A stretch of 64,000 bases of DNA from Xanthobacteraceae bacterium (GCA_030038415.1 JASHOX010000144.1:5325-69324), one strand, 5' to 3'. Shown: positions 26,118-35,946, numbered from the stretch's first letter. Made by a program: numbers and translations. Notes: generated by a model not told the origin, from the sequence alone.

Positions 26118-26926
26118 TCGGAAGACCGATGCCGCCCGATAACGACTACACCAACAAGGAGCTGATGGCGGCCTTCGTCGCCAGCGAGATCGCCGACGGC
26201 GAAGCCGTTTCAGTCGGCGCCTCGCTGCCGGTCTGCCGCGCCGGCATTTTGCTGGCGCACCTCACGCATGCGCCGAACTTGAAGGTGCAGATTTCCTTCA
26301 CCATCACGAATCTGCGCAACGTCGAAGTGCTGCCCGCGTTCGAATTCATCACCGACTGGCGGGCGGGGCGCTGGGCCGAGTTCTTGTACAATCATGACAT
26401 CGGACCCGACCTCTACAAGCGCCGGCGGCAGGCGATCTTTTTTATCGGCGGTTTGCAGATCGATGCCTACGGCAATTCCAACCTGATCGGCATCGGCAGC
26501 GATTTTCACCATCTCAAAATGCGCGGTCCCGGCGGAGTCGGCACCGCCAGCATGGGAACCAATATCGGGCGCTACTATCTCTACACCAACGCCCACAATA
26601 AACAGACGCTGACCGAGCGGCTCGACTGGCGGTCATGCTTCGGCTTCGGCGACGGCGGCGCGGACGCCCGCACGCGCCTGCATCTGCCCGGCGGCGGCCC
26701 GCGCTACTGCATCACGCCGCTGTGCATCTTCGACTTCGAGGAAACGAGCAAGCGGATGCGGCTCAAATCGCTGCATCCGGGCGTGACGCTGGAACAGGTT
26801 CTCGACCATACCGGGTTCAAGCCCGTCGTTCCCGATCACGTACCGACCACGCCCGGACCGACGCCGGAGCAGTTACGGCTATTGCACGAGCGCATCGACA
26901 CCGACGGCGTGCTGCGCCGGCCATAA
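26114..26926 (+). CDS. CoA-transferase subunit B
   Basis: 270 aa. YTNKELMAAFVASEIADGEAVSVGASLP... and FIGGLQIDAYGNSNL are the subunit B pattern. Has a 4-nt overlap with subunit A. Confidence 0.8.
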   Translation: MIGRPMPPDNDYTNKELMAAFVASEIADGEAVSVGASLPVCRAGILLAHLTHAPNLKVQISFTITNLRNVEVLPAFEFITDWRAGRWAEFLYNHDIGPDLYKRRRQAIFFIGGLQIDAYGNSNLIGIGSDFHHLKMRGPGGVGTASMGTNIGRYYLYTNAHNKQTLTERLDWRSCFGFGDGGADARTRLHLPGGGPRYCITPLCIFDFEETSKRMRLKSLHPGVTLEQVLDHTGFKPVVPDHVPTTPGPTPEQLRLLHERIDTDGVLRRP

Positions 26927-26949
26927 AGATCATCTCTGGAAGCAAAAGC

Positions 26950-28113
26950 ATGACGGTTGATCTACGGGAGCTGAGCGACAAGGCCTGCATCGTCGGGATC
27001 GGACAAACCGACTATTCCAAAGCGAGCGGCCGCAGCGTGCAGACGCTGGCGCTGCAGGCGGCGCGCGCGGCGATCGCCGACGCCGGACTGAAGCCGCACG
27101 ATATCGATGCCATCCTGCCTTATATTCTCGGCCCCACCGCCGACGAAATCGCTTCCCAGCTCGGCATTTCCGATCTGCGCTATTCCTCGATCATCAAGAT
27201 GGGCGGCGCGACGTTTGTCGCTTGCCTCGAAACCGCGGCTCTGCTGATCCACAACGGCGTCGCCCGCAACGTGCTGGTGTTCTGCGCCCGCAATGGTCGC
27301 TCCGGCACCCGCGTGACCGGCCGCGTCAATACCATCCCTGGACAATCGTTCCGTCGCGATTTCGAGAGCCCCTACGGCTTCAGCGTGCCGGGCCAATGGT
27401 ACGCCGTGCTGGCGCGGCGGCACATGATCGAATTCGGCACCACACGCGAGGACGCCGGACGTTTCGCCGTGGCGATGCGCAAGCACGCCAATCTCAATCC
27501 GGCGGCCATGATGCGCGACGTGCCGATGACGATGGACGATTACATGAACTCAAAGCCGATCTTCGAGCCATTCCATCTGCTCGATTGCTGCCTGGAATCC
27601 GATGGCGCCGGCGCCTACATCGTCAGTGCCGCCGAGCAGGCCAAGGACATGCCGCAAAAACCCGTGTTCATCAGCGGCGTGGCGCAGGCCAAGCCGACCG
27701 GCTCCGATGACCTGTTCAACCGTCCGGATTTCTTCGAGATCGGTTTGACCAAGGCGGCGCCGCGCGCTTTCGCCATGGCGGGGATGAAACCGTCCGACAT
27801 GGACGGCGCCATGATCTACGACTGCTTCAGTTACGTCGCGCTCCTGGAGATCGAGGAGGCCGGCTTCTGCGCCCGCGGCGAAGTCGGCGATTTCGTCAAG
27901 GACGGACGCATCGAGCTTAACGGCGCGTTCCCGATCAATCCGCACGGCGGCTTGTTGTCGGAGGCGCATATCGCCGGCATCAATCACGTCATCGAGGGCG
28001 TGCGGCAATTGCGAAGGCAGGCGGGCGCACGGCAGATGCGGAAGGCAGCACGGCTGGCGGTGACCGGCTGGGGCGATCTCGGCGACGGCGCTTTGGCCGT
28101 GTTGCGGAGCTGA
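26950..28113 (+). CDS. Thiolase-like (SCP-x/lipid-transfer type) protein
   Basis: ACIVGIGQTDYSK...YDCFSYVALLEIEEAGF...INPHGGLLSEAHIAGINH is the non-canonical thiolase pattern normally partnered with a DUF35 protein. The start is placed at the internal ATG (MTVDLRELSDK). Confidence 0.8.
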   Translation: MTVDLRELSDKACIVGIGQTDYSKASGRSVQTLALQAARAAIADAGLKPHDIDAILPYILGPTADEIASQLGISDLRYSSIIKMGGATFVACLETAALLIHNGVARNVLVFCARNGRSGTRVTGRVNTIPGQSFRRDFESPYGFSVPGQWYAVLARRHMIEFGTTREDAGRFAVAMRKHANLNPAAMMRDVPMTMDDYMNSKPIFEPFHLLDCCLESDGAGAYIVSAAEQAKDMPQKPVFISGVAQAKPTGSDDLFNRPDFFEIGLTKAAPRAFAMAGMKPSDMDGAMIYDCFSYVALLEIEEAGFCARGEVGDFVKDGRIELNGAFPINPHGGLLSEAHIAGINHVIEGVRQLRRQAGARQMRKAARLAVTGWGDLGDGALAVLRS

Positions 28114-28118
28114 CGACC

Positions 28119-28559
28119 ATGGCAAGCGACAATGCAAAGACGCAAAAGCCGCTGCCCGACCGGGCGGACCTCGACAATGCCGCGTTCTGGGCCGCCACGG
28201 CCGAAGACCGGCTCCAAGTTAAGCTCTGCGCTGCGTGCTCGCGTCATCATTGGCCGCCACGGCTCGGTTGCCCCTACTGCGGATCGGACCGAGTGGCGTG
28301 GTCCGCCGTCGATCCGGCCGGCGAAGTATTTTCGTGGACGGTGATTTACCGCAGCCAGACGCCGGGCTTCGAAGCCGAAGTGCCCTATGCTGTCGTGCTG
28401 ATCGCGCTGAAATCGGCGCCGGGCGTGCGCATGGTCGGCAATCTCGTCAACTGCGCGCTGGAGGGGCTCAGGGCCGGGCTACCCGTCGAAGCCGTGTTCA
28501 CGCCGGCGGCCGACAATTCGGTCAAACTCGTCAATTGGCAGCCCACGGAGCGGAGCTGA
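28119..28559 (+). CDS. DUF35 OB-fold/zinc-ribbon protein (thiolase partner)
   Basis: Rubredoxin-like zinc ribbon CAACSRHHWPPRLGCPYCGS, followed by an OB-fold-length C-terminus. Lies 5 nt after the thiolase-like gene. Confidence 0.8.
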   Translation: MASDNAKTQKPLPDRADLDNAAFWAATAEDRLQVKLCAACSRHHWPPRLGCPYCGSDRVAWSAVDPAGEVFSWTVIYRSQTPGFEAEVPYAVVLIALKSAPGVRMVGNLVNCALEGLRAGLPVEAVFTPAADNSVKLVNWQPTERS

Positions 28560-28561
28560 CA

Positions 28562-30067
28562 TCAGCCCATGTGGCGGAGTCGCTCGACAAGATCCGCCTT
28601 CAATACCTTGCCGAGGCCGGATTTTGGCAGTTCATCGACAACGAAGATTCGCTTCGGAATCTTGTAGGGCGCGAGCGCGCCGCGGCAGTGCAGGATCAAT
28701 TCCGCTTCGCCGACTTTGCGGCGGCAAACGACGAAAGCGGCGACTTCCTCGCCGCGCCCGTGCGACGGCCAGCCCACGACGGCCACTTCCGCGACCGCGG
28801 GATGCACAGCGAGCGTCTGCTCGATCTCGGCGGGATAGATGTTCACGCCGCCGCGAATGATCATGTCCTTGGCGCGCCCGGTGATGTACAGGAAACCCTT
28901 GGCGTCGAGCTTGCCGAGATCGCCCGGATAATACCAGCCGTCGCGGAACGCGGTCTTGCTTTCTTCCGGATTGCGATAATAGCCATCGGCGACGGCGCCG
29001 CCGCGGTAACGGATCATGCCGATCTCGCCAGGCGGAACCTGACGATGCTGAGCGTCGACAATCTGCACCTCGGCGCCGAACACCGCCGTGCCGACCGACA
29101 TGGACGCTTCATCCGGATGCTCGGGCCGCAACAGCGAAATGCCGCCGCCCTCGGACGAACTGTAAAAGTTATAAAAACGCGGGCACAATTCGCTCATGAT
29201 CTTGCGCCGCTCCGCCGGATAAAGACTGGCGCCCGACGAGATCATCAGGCGCACGCCGGGAAACAGCGGTGGGGCGGCATTCGGCAGTTCCAACAGCCGA
29301 CGCAGCAAGGTCGGCACCAGGAACAACGCGGTTATGGCGTTGTCGTTGACCGCACGCGCGAGCGCATCGGAGTCGTAAGGCGGTGGAAAGATCACGACCG
29401 TCGCGCCCATGAACAAATAGGCCATCGTCATGTAACGCGCGCCGCCGAAATAAAGCGGCGTCGCCGCCAGGAAGCGATCGCCGTCATTGAACGTCAGGCT
29501 GACGGCATAGATGTAGAGCCGGCTCAGCGTGTGGCCGTGCGTGACCAGCGGGCCCTTAGGCGTTCCCGTTGTCCCCGACGACAGCGATATCAGAAGCGGC
29601 TGGTCGCGGCCGCGCACCACAGAGGCGTCGCCGTCGTTGCCGGCCACAGCGTGGCGCCAGTGCGTATCGATAATCGCCACGTCGCAGCCGGACAACGCTT
29701 CAGCCTGCGGCAGCAATACGAGTCGCGCACCGAAATATAGGGCGATCCGCTGTTTCTCCTCCGCCGTCCAGCGCACGTCCATCGGCAGGATGACTGCGCC
29801 GGTAAAGGCGACCGCGAACAGCGTGACGACATGATCGGCATCGTCGCGCAAGCCGACGCCGACGATGTCGCCTGGCCGCACGCCGAGACTTAGCAGATGG
29901 GCCGCCGTCTTCACCACTTCGGCGGCAAGCCCGGCATAGGACAGCGCGCGATTGCCGTCGATAATTGCCGGGTGAGACGGCCGCCGTCGCGCATTATGGA
30001 AGATGCCGTCGACCACGCTTTGCCAGCCGCGCGAGTCAGGAACGGCGATGTTGTCGAGATTCATCAT
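28562..30067 (-). CDS. AMP-dependent acyl-CoA synthetase/ligase
   Basis: AMP-binding motifs LISLSSGTTGTPKG, YPGDLG, ITGRAKDMIIRGGVNIYP and a C-terminal GKVLK. Confidence 0.85.
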   Translation of the reverse strand: MMNLDNIAVPDSRGWQSVVDGIFHNARRRPSHPAIIDGNRALSYAGLAAEVVKTAAHLLSLGVRPGDIVGVGLRDDADHVVTLFAVAFTGAVILPMDVRWTAEEKQRIALYFGARLVLLPQAEALSGCDVAIIDTHWRHAVAGNDGDASVVRGRDQPLLISLSSGTTGTPKGPLVTHGHTLSRLYIYAVSLTFNDGDRFLAATPLYFGGARYMTMAYLFMGATVVIFPPPYDSDALARAVNDNAITALFLVPTLLRRLLELPNAAPPLFPGVRLMISSGASLYPAERRKIMSELCPRFYNFYSSSEGGGISLLRPEHPDEASMSVGTAVFGAEVQIVDAQHRQVPPGEIGMIRYRGGAVADGYYRNPEESKTAFRDGWYYPGDLGKLDAKGFLYITGRAKDMIIRGGVNIYPAEIEQTLAVHPAVAEVAVVGWPSHGRGEEVAAFVVCRRKVGEAELILHCRGALAPYKIPKRIFVVDELPKSGLGKVLKADLVERLRHMG

Positions 30068-30244
30068 TATTCGGCCGTGTGTTCGTCAACTGAAAAACCG
30101 TTCCGTACAGCGAAACGCCATCGAACCCAGGTCTGGATTAGAGAGGCTTTCAGCGAAAAATCAATTGCGTCGTGCCGGCGCCGTTGTAGCAAACAAGGGC
30201 GGAAGCCGATAAGGTCGGTCGTCGGAGGACGCCAAGGGGAAGCG

Positions 30245-30973
30245 ATGAGTCAAAGTCTCGCCGGCAAAGAGGTTATGGTAACCGGCGCCAGCGCCGGCAT
30301 CGGCAAGGCGTCGGTGATCGCGCTGACCGCTGCTGGTGCGCAAGTGCTGGCGACCGGGCGCAGGCAAGCCGAGCTCGACGCGCTCGTGCGGCATTGCGGG
30401 GCCGGGCAGGTTCGCACCCTCTCCGGCGATCTCAACGATGCCGGCTTTGTCGATGAGCTCGCCGCGGCCGCGAGCGATGTCGACATCATGGTCAACAATG
30501 CCGGCATTTTGACCTACGCGCCGCTGATGGACATGGAATTCGACGACGTCGAAGCGATGTTCCGCACCAATGTACTGGCGTCGTATCGGATCACACACGC
30601 GATCGCCAAAGCCATGGCTGCCCGCCGGCGCGGTCACATCATCGTCATGACGTCGATCGCCGCCCGTGAGGTTTATCGACTTGGCGTCATCTATTGCGCC
30701 ACCAAGCATGCGCTCTCGGCGATCGCCCGCGGATTGCGGATCGAATTGCAGGGCCAAGGCGTACGGGTCAGCGAAATCGCCCCGGGCATGGTCGACACCG
30801 ACATCCGTGCGACCAGCACCCACCCGGCGGTCGTCGAGGCCGTAAAGAACCGCAAGTTCACCGCGCTCACCGCCGAAGAGATCGCCGAAGCTGTTGTCTA
30901 TGCCGCACAGTCGGATGACAATTGCTGCACCGATCTGATCGAGTTGCGGCCCCGCAGCTCGGCGCAGAATTAA
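30245..30973 (+). CDS. Short-chain dehydrogenase/reductase (SDR)
   Basis: TGASAGIGKA cofactor motif, NNAG, and catalytic YCATKHAL. The start was fixed by counting back 242 codons from the stop. Confidence 0.85.
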   Translation: MSQSLAGKEVMVTGASAGIGKASVIALTAAGAQVLATGRRQAELDALVRHCGAGQVRTLSGDLNDAGFVDELAAAASDVDIMVNNAGILTYAPLMDMEFDDVEAMFRTNVLASYRITHAIAKAMAARRRGHIIVMTSIAAREVYRLGVIYCATKHALSAIARGLRIELQGQGVRVSEIAPGMVDTDIRATSTHPAVVEAVKNRKFTALTAEEIAEAVVYAAQSDDNCCTDLIELRPRSSAQN

Positions 30974-30994
30974 GACAGCAAACAGGGAACGAAC

Positions 30995-31507
30995 ATGGCG
31001 ACCAGAAAAACAGCATCCAGAACGACAAAGGCGGCCGCCAAGCGCGCGGCGTCGTCAGGCCGCCGATCCAAAGCGGCAGCGCGCCGCAGCGCTGCGCCGA
31101 AGGCAAGGTCGAAAGCGGCGAAGCGTCCGCATCGGCAGCGCTTCGTGGCGAGCCATCTCAAGGACTCGGTGTTTGACCGCGGGCTGCGCAGCTATGCCGA
31201 ATATCGCGATCTCGGTGTGGCGCCGGCGACGCAAGGCATGGTCCAGGCCCACGTCATCCGCATGATCCCGCCCTGCGATCCGGCGGTGGTATCCAAGGAG
31301 CACTATCACGACGTCGAGTTTCAGCTGATCTACGTGCTCAAAGGCTGGATGAAAGGCGAGTATGAGGGTGCCGGCGTCGTGACCATGGAACAGGGTTCGT
31401 GCTGGATCCAACCGCCGCGGATCAGACATACGGTGCTCGATTATTCCGACGATTGCGAGCTTTTGGAGATCATCATGCCGGCGGAGTTCGAGACCGTCGA
31501 AACCTGA
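30995..31507 (+). CDS. Cupin-domain protein with a basic Lys/Arg/Ala-rich N-terminal tail
   Basis: The C-terminal 110 aa form a cupin (HYHDVEFQLIYVLKGWMKGEY...GSCWIQPPRIRHTV). The first 50 residues, MATRKTASRTTKAAAKRAASSGRRSKAAARRSAAPKARSKAAKRPHRQRF, contain 18 Lys/Arg. Confidence 0.7.
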   Translation: MATRKTASRTTKAAAKRAASSGRRSKAAARRSAAPKARSKAAKRPHRQRFVASHLKDSVFDRGLRSYAEYRDLGVAPATQGMVQAHVIRMIPPCDPAVVSKEHYHDVEFQLIYVLKGWMKGEYEGAGVVTMEQGSCWIQPPRIRHTVLDYSDDCELLEIIMPAEFETVET

Positions 31508-31547
31508 CCCTGCCGCGTCGCATCGGAAACTTTGAGCGCGCCGCCAC

Positions 31548-32390
31548 TCAGCAGAGAAAGTCGCGACCACTCATTTTCTTCGTCACTTGGTTAGCGCAAT
31601 GCAGCGTCGCATCGATCAGGCGATCAAGCGAGCCGCCGCCACAGCCTTGGCGATTCATGGTGACGCAAACATCACCCATGATCCGACCGCGCATGTTGAA
31701 TATGGGCGCGGCGAGCCCAACCGCGCCCGACACCCATTGGCAGCGGGTGAAGGCATAGCCCTGCTGGCGAACACGCGCCAGAGCCGCATCTATCGAACAA
31801 GGCTCCGCGGCGCGATCGCTGCGGACCTGCGGCGGGTCGAGCCGGCTGATGATCGACTGCGCTTCGTTGTCCTTGAGGAACGCGAGGACCGCGAGACCGG
31901 AGGCGCCGGTACGGAGAGGCAGCCACTTGTTGAGCTTTATCGCCGGCCTTGCGGCCGCGGCCGGGTCTACCGCGCTGGTATAGATCAATTGCTGGCGGCG
32001 TTCGTCATAGAGACAAAGCAGTACTGACTCACGGCAGACGTCGACGAGGCGTTGCAGCTCCTCGCGGGCCGGCTGCTTGACCGGATGCTTGGCGACGCCG
32101 AGTTCAGAAAGGCGGAAAAACTCCGCTGTGAGACCGTAACGTTGGCTATCGCCGTGCTGCCTGACAAAGCCGGCCTCGGCAAGGGCGGTCAGAATGCGGT
32201 GCGCGGTGCTCGGTGCAATCTTCATCGCGGCGGCGAGTTGCCGGACGCCGATCTCATTTGCCGGCGCCTCGGCGAGCCAGCTGACCGCACGCAGGACCTT
32301 GCCGACCGGATCGCGCTTGAGTCGATTGCCAGCTGCTTCGTTCCTGCCGTCGCCGCCATGCGTCTCGAAGGTCACCACAGTCGGAACCAC
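31548..32390 (-). CDS. IclR family transcriptional regulator
   Basis: N-terminal wHTH (GVRQLAAAMKIAPSTAHRILTALAEAGFV) plus an IclR effector-domain-length C-terminus. Confidence 0.85.
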   Translation of the reverse strand: MVPTVVTFETHGGDGRNEAAGNRLKRDPVGKVLRAVSWLAEAPANEIGVRQLAAAMKIAPSTAHRILTALAEAGFVRQHGDSQRYGLTAEFFRLSELGVAKHPVKQPAREELQRLVDVCRESVLLCLYDERRQQLIYTSAVDPAAAARPAIKLNKWLPLRTGASGLAVLAFLKDNEAQSIISRLDPPQVRSDRAAEPCSIDAALARVRQQGYAFTRCQWVSGAVGLAAPIFNMRGRIMGDVCVTMNRQGCGGGSLDRLIDATLHCANQVTKKMSGRDFLC

Positions 32391-32476
32391 CCCGAAGAAG
32401 CCCTAACAGGCCAAGCCGCGTTACTGTCCCATAGTAGGCGGCAGTGTAGCAACGGTATTGAAACGGCCCAGAGTTG

Positions 32477-33214
32477 TCACTGCCGCGCCCGCCCGCTCCG
32501 CCGCGGGCCGTGATCGGTCACGCCGAGATGGGTCTCCAGCGCGGCGCGGTCGGCGGCGAGCGTGGCGCTGTCGGCCGCATGCACGACCGTGCCGCGTTCG
32601 AGGATGACGGCGCGGTCGGTGACGCTTAGGATTTTCTTGGCGTTCTGCTCCACCAAGATCGCCGACATGCCTTCGTCGCGGATGATACGGCGCAGCCCCG
32701 CGAGCAACTCTTCGACGATGATCGGCGCCAAGCCCTCGAGCGGCTCGTCAAGCAGCATGACGCGCGGATTGAGCACCAGCGCACGCCCGACCGCCAACAT
32801 CTGCTGCTCGCCGCCGGAGAGCTGGTTGCCAAGATTTCGCCGGCGCTCGTTAAGCCGCGGGAACAGCTCATAGACCCTGTCCATGGTCCAGCGGCCGGGC
32901 CTGGCGACCGCAGTGAGGTTTTCCTCCACGCTGAGCGATTTGAAAATGTTGCGCTCCTGCGGCACCCAGCCGATGCCGAGATGGGCGCGCTGATCGGGGC
33001 GCAATTTGGTGATGTCGGCACCGTCAAGCGCGATGGTGCCGGCGAAATAGCGGGTGACGCCGACGATCGAATTGATCAGCGTGGTCTTGCCCATGCCGTT
33101 GCGGCCGAGCAGCGCCAGCGCCTCGCCTTCAAGGAGCGACAGCGAGACGCCGGAGAGCACGACCGCTTCGCCGTAGCCGGCGGACAGTTGCTCGATGGTG
33201 AGGAGATCAGGCAT
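32477..33214 (-). CDS. Branched-chain-amino-acid-type ABC transporter ATP-binding protein (LivF-like)
   Basis: Walker A GRNGMGKTT, signature LSGGEQQML, Walker B MLLDEP. The start is placed at the internal ATG (MPDLLTIEQLS). Has an 8-nt overlap with the LivG-like gene. Confidence 0.85.
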   Translation of the reverse strand: MPDLLTIEQLSAGYGEAVVLSGVSLSLLEGEALALLGRNGMGKTTLINSIVGVTRYFAGTIALDGADITKLRPDQRAHLGIGWVPQERNIFKSLSVEENLTAVARPGRWTMDRVYELFPRLNERRRNLGNQLSGGEQQMLAVGRALVLNPRVMLLDEPLEGLAPIIVEELLAGLRRIIRDEGMSAILVEQNAKKILSVTDRAVILERGTVVHAADSATLAADRAALETHLGVTDHGPRRSGRARQ

Positions 33215-33956
33215 CGAGCTCCTCGCCGAGATAGACCGCCTTGACCCGGGGATCGCGCGCCACGTCTTCGGGCGCGCCGTCGACAAACAGCGCGCCGTTA
33301 ACCAGCACCGAAATGCGGTCGGCAAAGGAGAACACGAGGTCCATGTCGTGCTCGATCAGCAGCACGGTGACTTCGGCCGGCAGCGCTTCGATGGTGGCAA
33401 GAAGCTCGTGCCGCTCGGCCTCCGGCACGCCGGCCGCCGGCTCGTCGAGGAGCAGCACACGCGGCCGGCAGGCAAAGGCCAGCGCAATCTCGAGCAGGCG
33501 CTGCTTGCCGTACGGCAGGATCGCGGTGCGCTCATGCATGACATCGGTCAATCGAAAGCGCTCGACGACTTCGACGATCTCGTCGGTGACAGCGGGCTTG
33601 GAGCCGACCACGCGCCACCAGTCGGCGCCGGTGCCGAGCCGCTCGGAAACGACGAGCCCGATCGATTCCAGCGGCGTGAGATCGAGGAACAGTTGGTTGA
33701 TCTGGAACGTGCGCGCCATGCCGAGCCGCACCCGCTCATGCGGCGCGGCGTCGGTGATATCGCGGCCTTCGAGCATGATCCGGCCGGCGGTCGGCCTGAG
33801 CACGCCGGTCAAGAGGTTGATCACGGTGGTCTTGCCGGCGCCGTTCGGCCCGATCAGCGCGTGGCGCGCGCCCTTTTTCACGGACAGATTGACGTTCGCG
33901 GCCGCGAGGATGCCGCCGAAGCGCTTTTCCAGCCCGATCGTTTCGAGGATCGGCAC
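33207..33956 (-). CDS. Branched-chain-amino-acid-type ABC transporter ATP-binding protein (LivG-like)
   Basis: Walker A GPNGAGKTT and Walker B LLLDEPAAG, with the LivG-type N-terminus MPILETIGLEKRFGGI. Confidence 0.85.
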   Translation of the reverse strand: MPILETIGLEKRFGGILAAANVNLSVKKGARHALIGPNGAGKTTVINLLTGVLRPTAGRIMLEGRDITDAAPHERVRLGMARTFQINQLFLDLTPLESIGLVVSERLGTGADWWRVVGSKPAVTDEIVEVVERFRLTDVMHERTAILPYGKQRLLEIALAFACRPRVLLLDEPAAGVPEAERHELLATIEALPAEVTVLLIEHDMDLVFSFADRISVLVNGALFVDGAPEDVARDPRVKAVYLGEELDA

Positions 33957-33973
33957 GATTCAATGTCCCATTT

Positions 33974-35056
33974 TCAGTCGCCGTCCGCGGCGCCGCCGAG
34001 CGCGGCGGAACGCGGCCGGATTCGCGTCCACAGTCGGTCGCCGAGTCGCGCCACGGAGCCGCGCGCGGCGGCGATCCAGCCTTCCACCCGCTCGCGGCCG
34101 ACCAGCACGATGACGACGAGCACGAGCCCGATCCAGAACTGCCAATATTGCGGGGTCAGCGTCGCGATCCAGTCCTGCAGGAATTTGTAGATCACTGCGC
34201 CGATCAAGCCGCCATAGAGATAGCCGGTGCCGCCGATGATGAGAACCAGCAGAAGATCGGCCGAGCGTTCCAGCGAAAACACGTCAAGTGAGCAGAACGC
34301 GGTGGTCTGCGTCAGCAGCGCCCCGGCGATGCCGGCGAAACCGGCCGACACGGTATAGATCGCGACCAGCCGCCATTTCACCGGAATGCCGATCGCCGCG
34401 GCGCGCAGCGCATTGCCCTTGAGCGAGCGCAGCGACAGGCCGAACGGCGAATAGACGATGCGCCGCGCAATCACAAAGCAGACGAACAGTACGATCAGGC
34501 AATAAACGTAGCCGTTGTGGCCGTAGAGATCGAAGCTCCAGCGCCCGAGAACCGGCGCGATATCAACGCCTTGCAGGCCGTCGGCGCCGCCGGTGATGCT
34601 GGCATAGCGGTTGGCGACCTCGCCGAGCATCAGCGAAACGCCGAGCGTCACCATGAGCCGGGTCAGGTCGGAACCGCGCAGCACGAGGAAGCTGGTGACG
34701 AAGCCGAGCGCGGCCGCGACCACGCCGGAGCACACCAGCGCGATCACCGGCTCATTGATGAGGCCGTATTTGGCGACGAGGCCCGAGAAATATCCGGCGA
34801 TGCCGAAAAACGCCGCCTGGCCGAGCGAGATGATGCCGGCATAGCCGAGGATGAGATCGAGCGACAGCGCGAACAGAGCGAGGATCGCGGTGTCTTTGAG
34901 GATCAGATATTTATCGGGAAACAACCAGATGCTGGCGAAGGCGAAAATCCAGAACACAACTTCGAGCGGCGACCAGCGGCTGCGCCGCTTCAGATAGGCG
35001 GCGACGTCGTCGGCCAGCACTGGCGTCAGTGGTGCCGTTGCGGACGTCGTAACCAT
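33974..35056 (-). CDS. ABC transporter permease (LivM-like)
   Basis: 360 aa, multi-TM. LGYAGIISLGQAAFFGIAGY is the LivM family pattern. Confidence 0.85.
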   Translation of the reverse strand: MVTTSATAPLTPVLADDVAAYLKRRSRWSPLEVVFWIFAFASIWLFPDKYLILKDTAILALFALSLDLILGYAGIISLGQAAFFGIAGYFSGLVAKYGLINEPVIALVCSGVVAAALGFVTSFLVLRGSDLTRLMVTLGVSLMLGEVANRYASITGGADGLQGVDIAPVLGRWSFDLYGHNGYVYCLIVLFVCFVIARRIVYSPFGLSLRSLKGNALRAAAIGIPVKWRLVAIYTVSAGFAGIAGALLTQTTAFCSLDVFSLERSADLLLVLIIGGTGYLYGGLIGAVIYKFLQDWIATLTPQYWQFWIGLVLVVIVLVGRERVEGWIAAARGSVARLGDRLWTRIRPRSAALGGAADGD

Positions 35057-35062
35057 CGGCCG

Positions 35063-35923
35063 TCACCGTGCCGTGGAGCGGGCGAACAAGCCCTGCGGCC
35101 GCCAGATCAGCACCACGATCATGATGGCGTAGATGACGAAGGCGCCGAGCGTGGGCACGTAATATTTTCCGGCGACGTCGCCGATGCCGAGCAGGATCGA
35201 GGCAAGGAACGGGCCGACAATGCTGGAAGTGCCGCCGACCGTGACCACGATCAAAAAGTAAATCATGTAGCGCAGCGGAAACGTCGGATCGAGGCCGAGG
35301 ATTTCCGCACCGAGCGCGCCGCCCAGCCCGGCGAGACCGGATCCGACCGCGAAAGTAATGCCAAACACGGCGCCGACATTGATGCCGAGGCCGCGCGCCA
35401 CCCGCTGATCGTCGACCGCGGCGCGCAACCTGCTGCCGAACCGGGTTTTGGCGAGGATCAGCTGCAAAGCGATCGTCAGCAGGCCGCAGATCACGATGAT
35501 GAGCAGACGGTATTTGCCCATGCCAATGCCAAACACGTCGAACTGGCCTTGCAGCGCGTCGGGTATCTGCACGAAGCGCTGCGACGATCCCATCGTATAA
35601 TCGACGGCGGCGACCGACATGAAGACAAGTCCGATGGTGAACAGCACCTGATCGAGATGGCTGCGCGCGTAGACGTGAACGTAGAGCGTGCGCTCGAACA
35701 GCCCGCCAAGCAGCGCCGTGACCAGGAATGCGATCGGCACGCCAAGTACGAACGGAACGCCGAGCCGGTTGACCAGGATGACGGTGCAATAGCCGCCGGC
35801 CATGGCGAAGGCGCCATGCGCCAGATTGATGAAATTCATCAGGCCGAGCGTGACCGACAGGCCGCATGCCAGCACGAACAGCAGCATGCCGTAGGCGACA
35901 CCGTCGAACAGGATGGTCAGCAT
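35063..35923 (-). CDS. ABC transporter permease (LivH-like)
   Basis: 286 aa. GLMNFINLAHGAFAMAGGY is the LivH family pattern. Confidence 0.85.
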   Translation of the reverse strand: MLTILFDGVAYGMLLFVLACGLSVTLGLMNFINLAHGAFAMAGGYCTVILVNRLGVPFVLGVPIAFLVTALLGGLFERTLYVHVYARSHLDQVLFTIGLVFMSVAAVDYTMGSSQRFVQIPDALQGQFDVFGIGMGKYRLLIIVICGLLTIALQLILAKTRFGSRLRAAVDDQRVARGLGINVGAVFGITFAVGSGLAGLGGALGAEILGLDPTFPLRYMIYFLIVVTVGGTSSIVGPFLASILLGIGDVAGKYYVPTLGAFVIYAIMIVVLIWRPQGLFARSTAR

Positions 35924-35946
35924 GATCGACCGATTACTCCGGCGTC

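Noticed and set aside
28235-29740. 501-aa plus-strand ORF of the same length as the acyl-CoA synthetase
   Set aside because: Antisense shadow of the synthetase (28562..30067), which carries canonical AMP-binding motifs. The equal length is coincidental.
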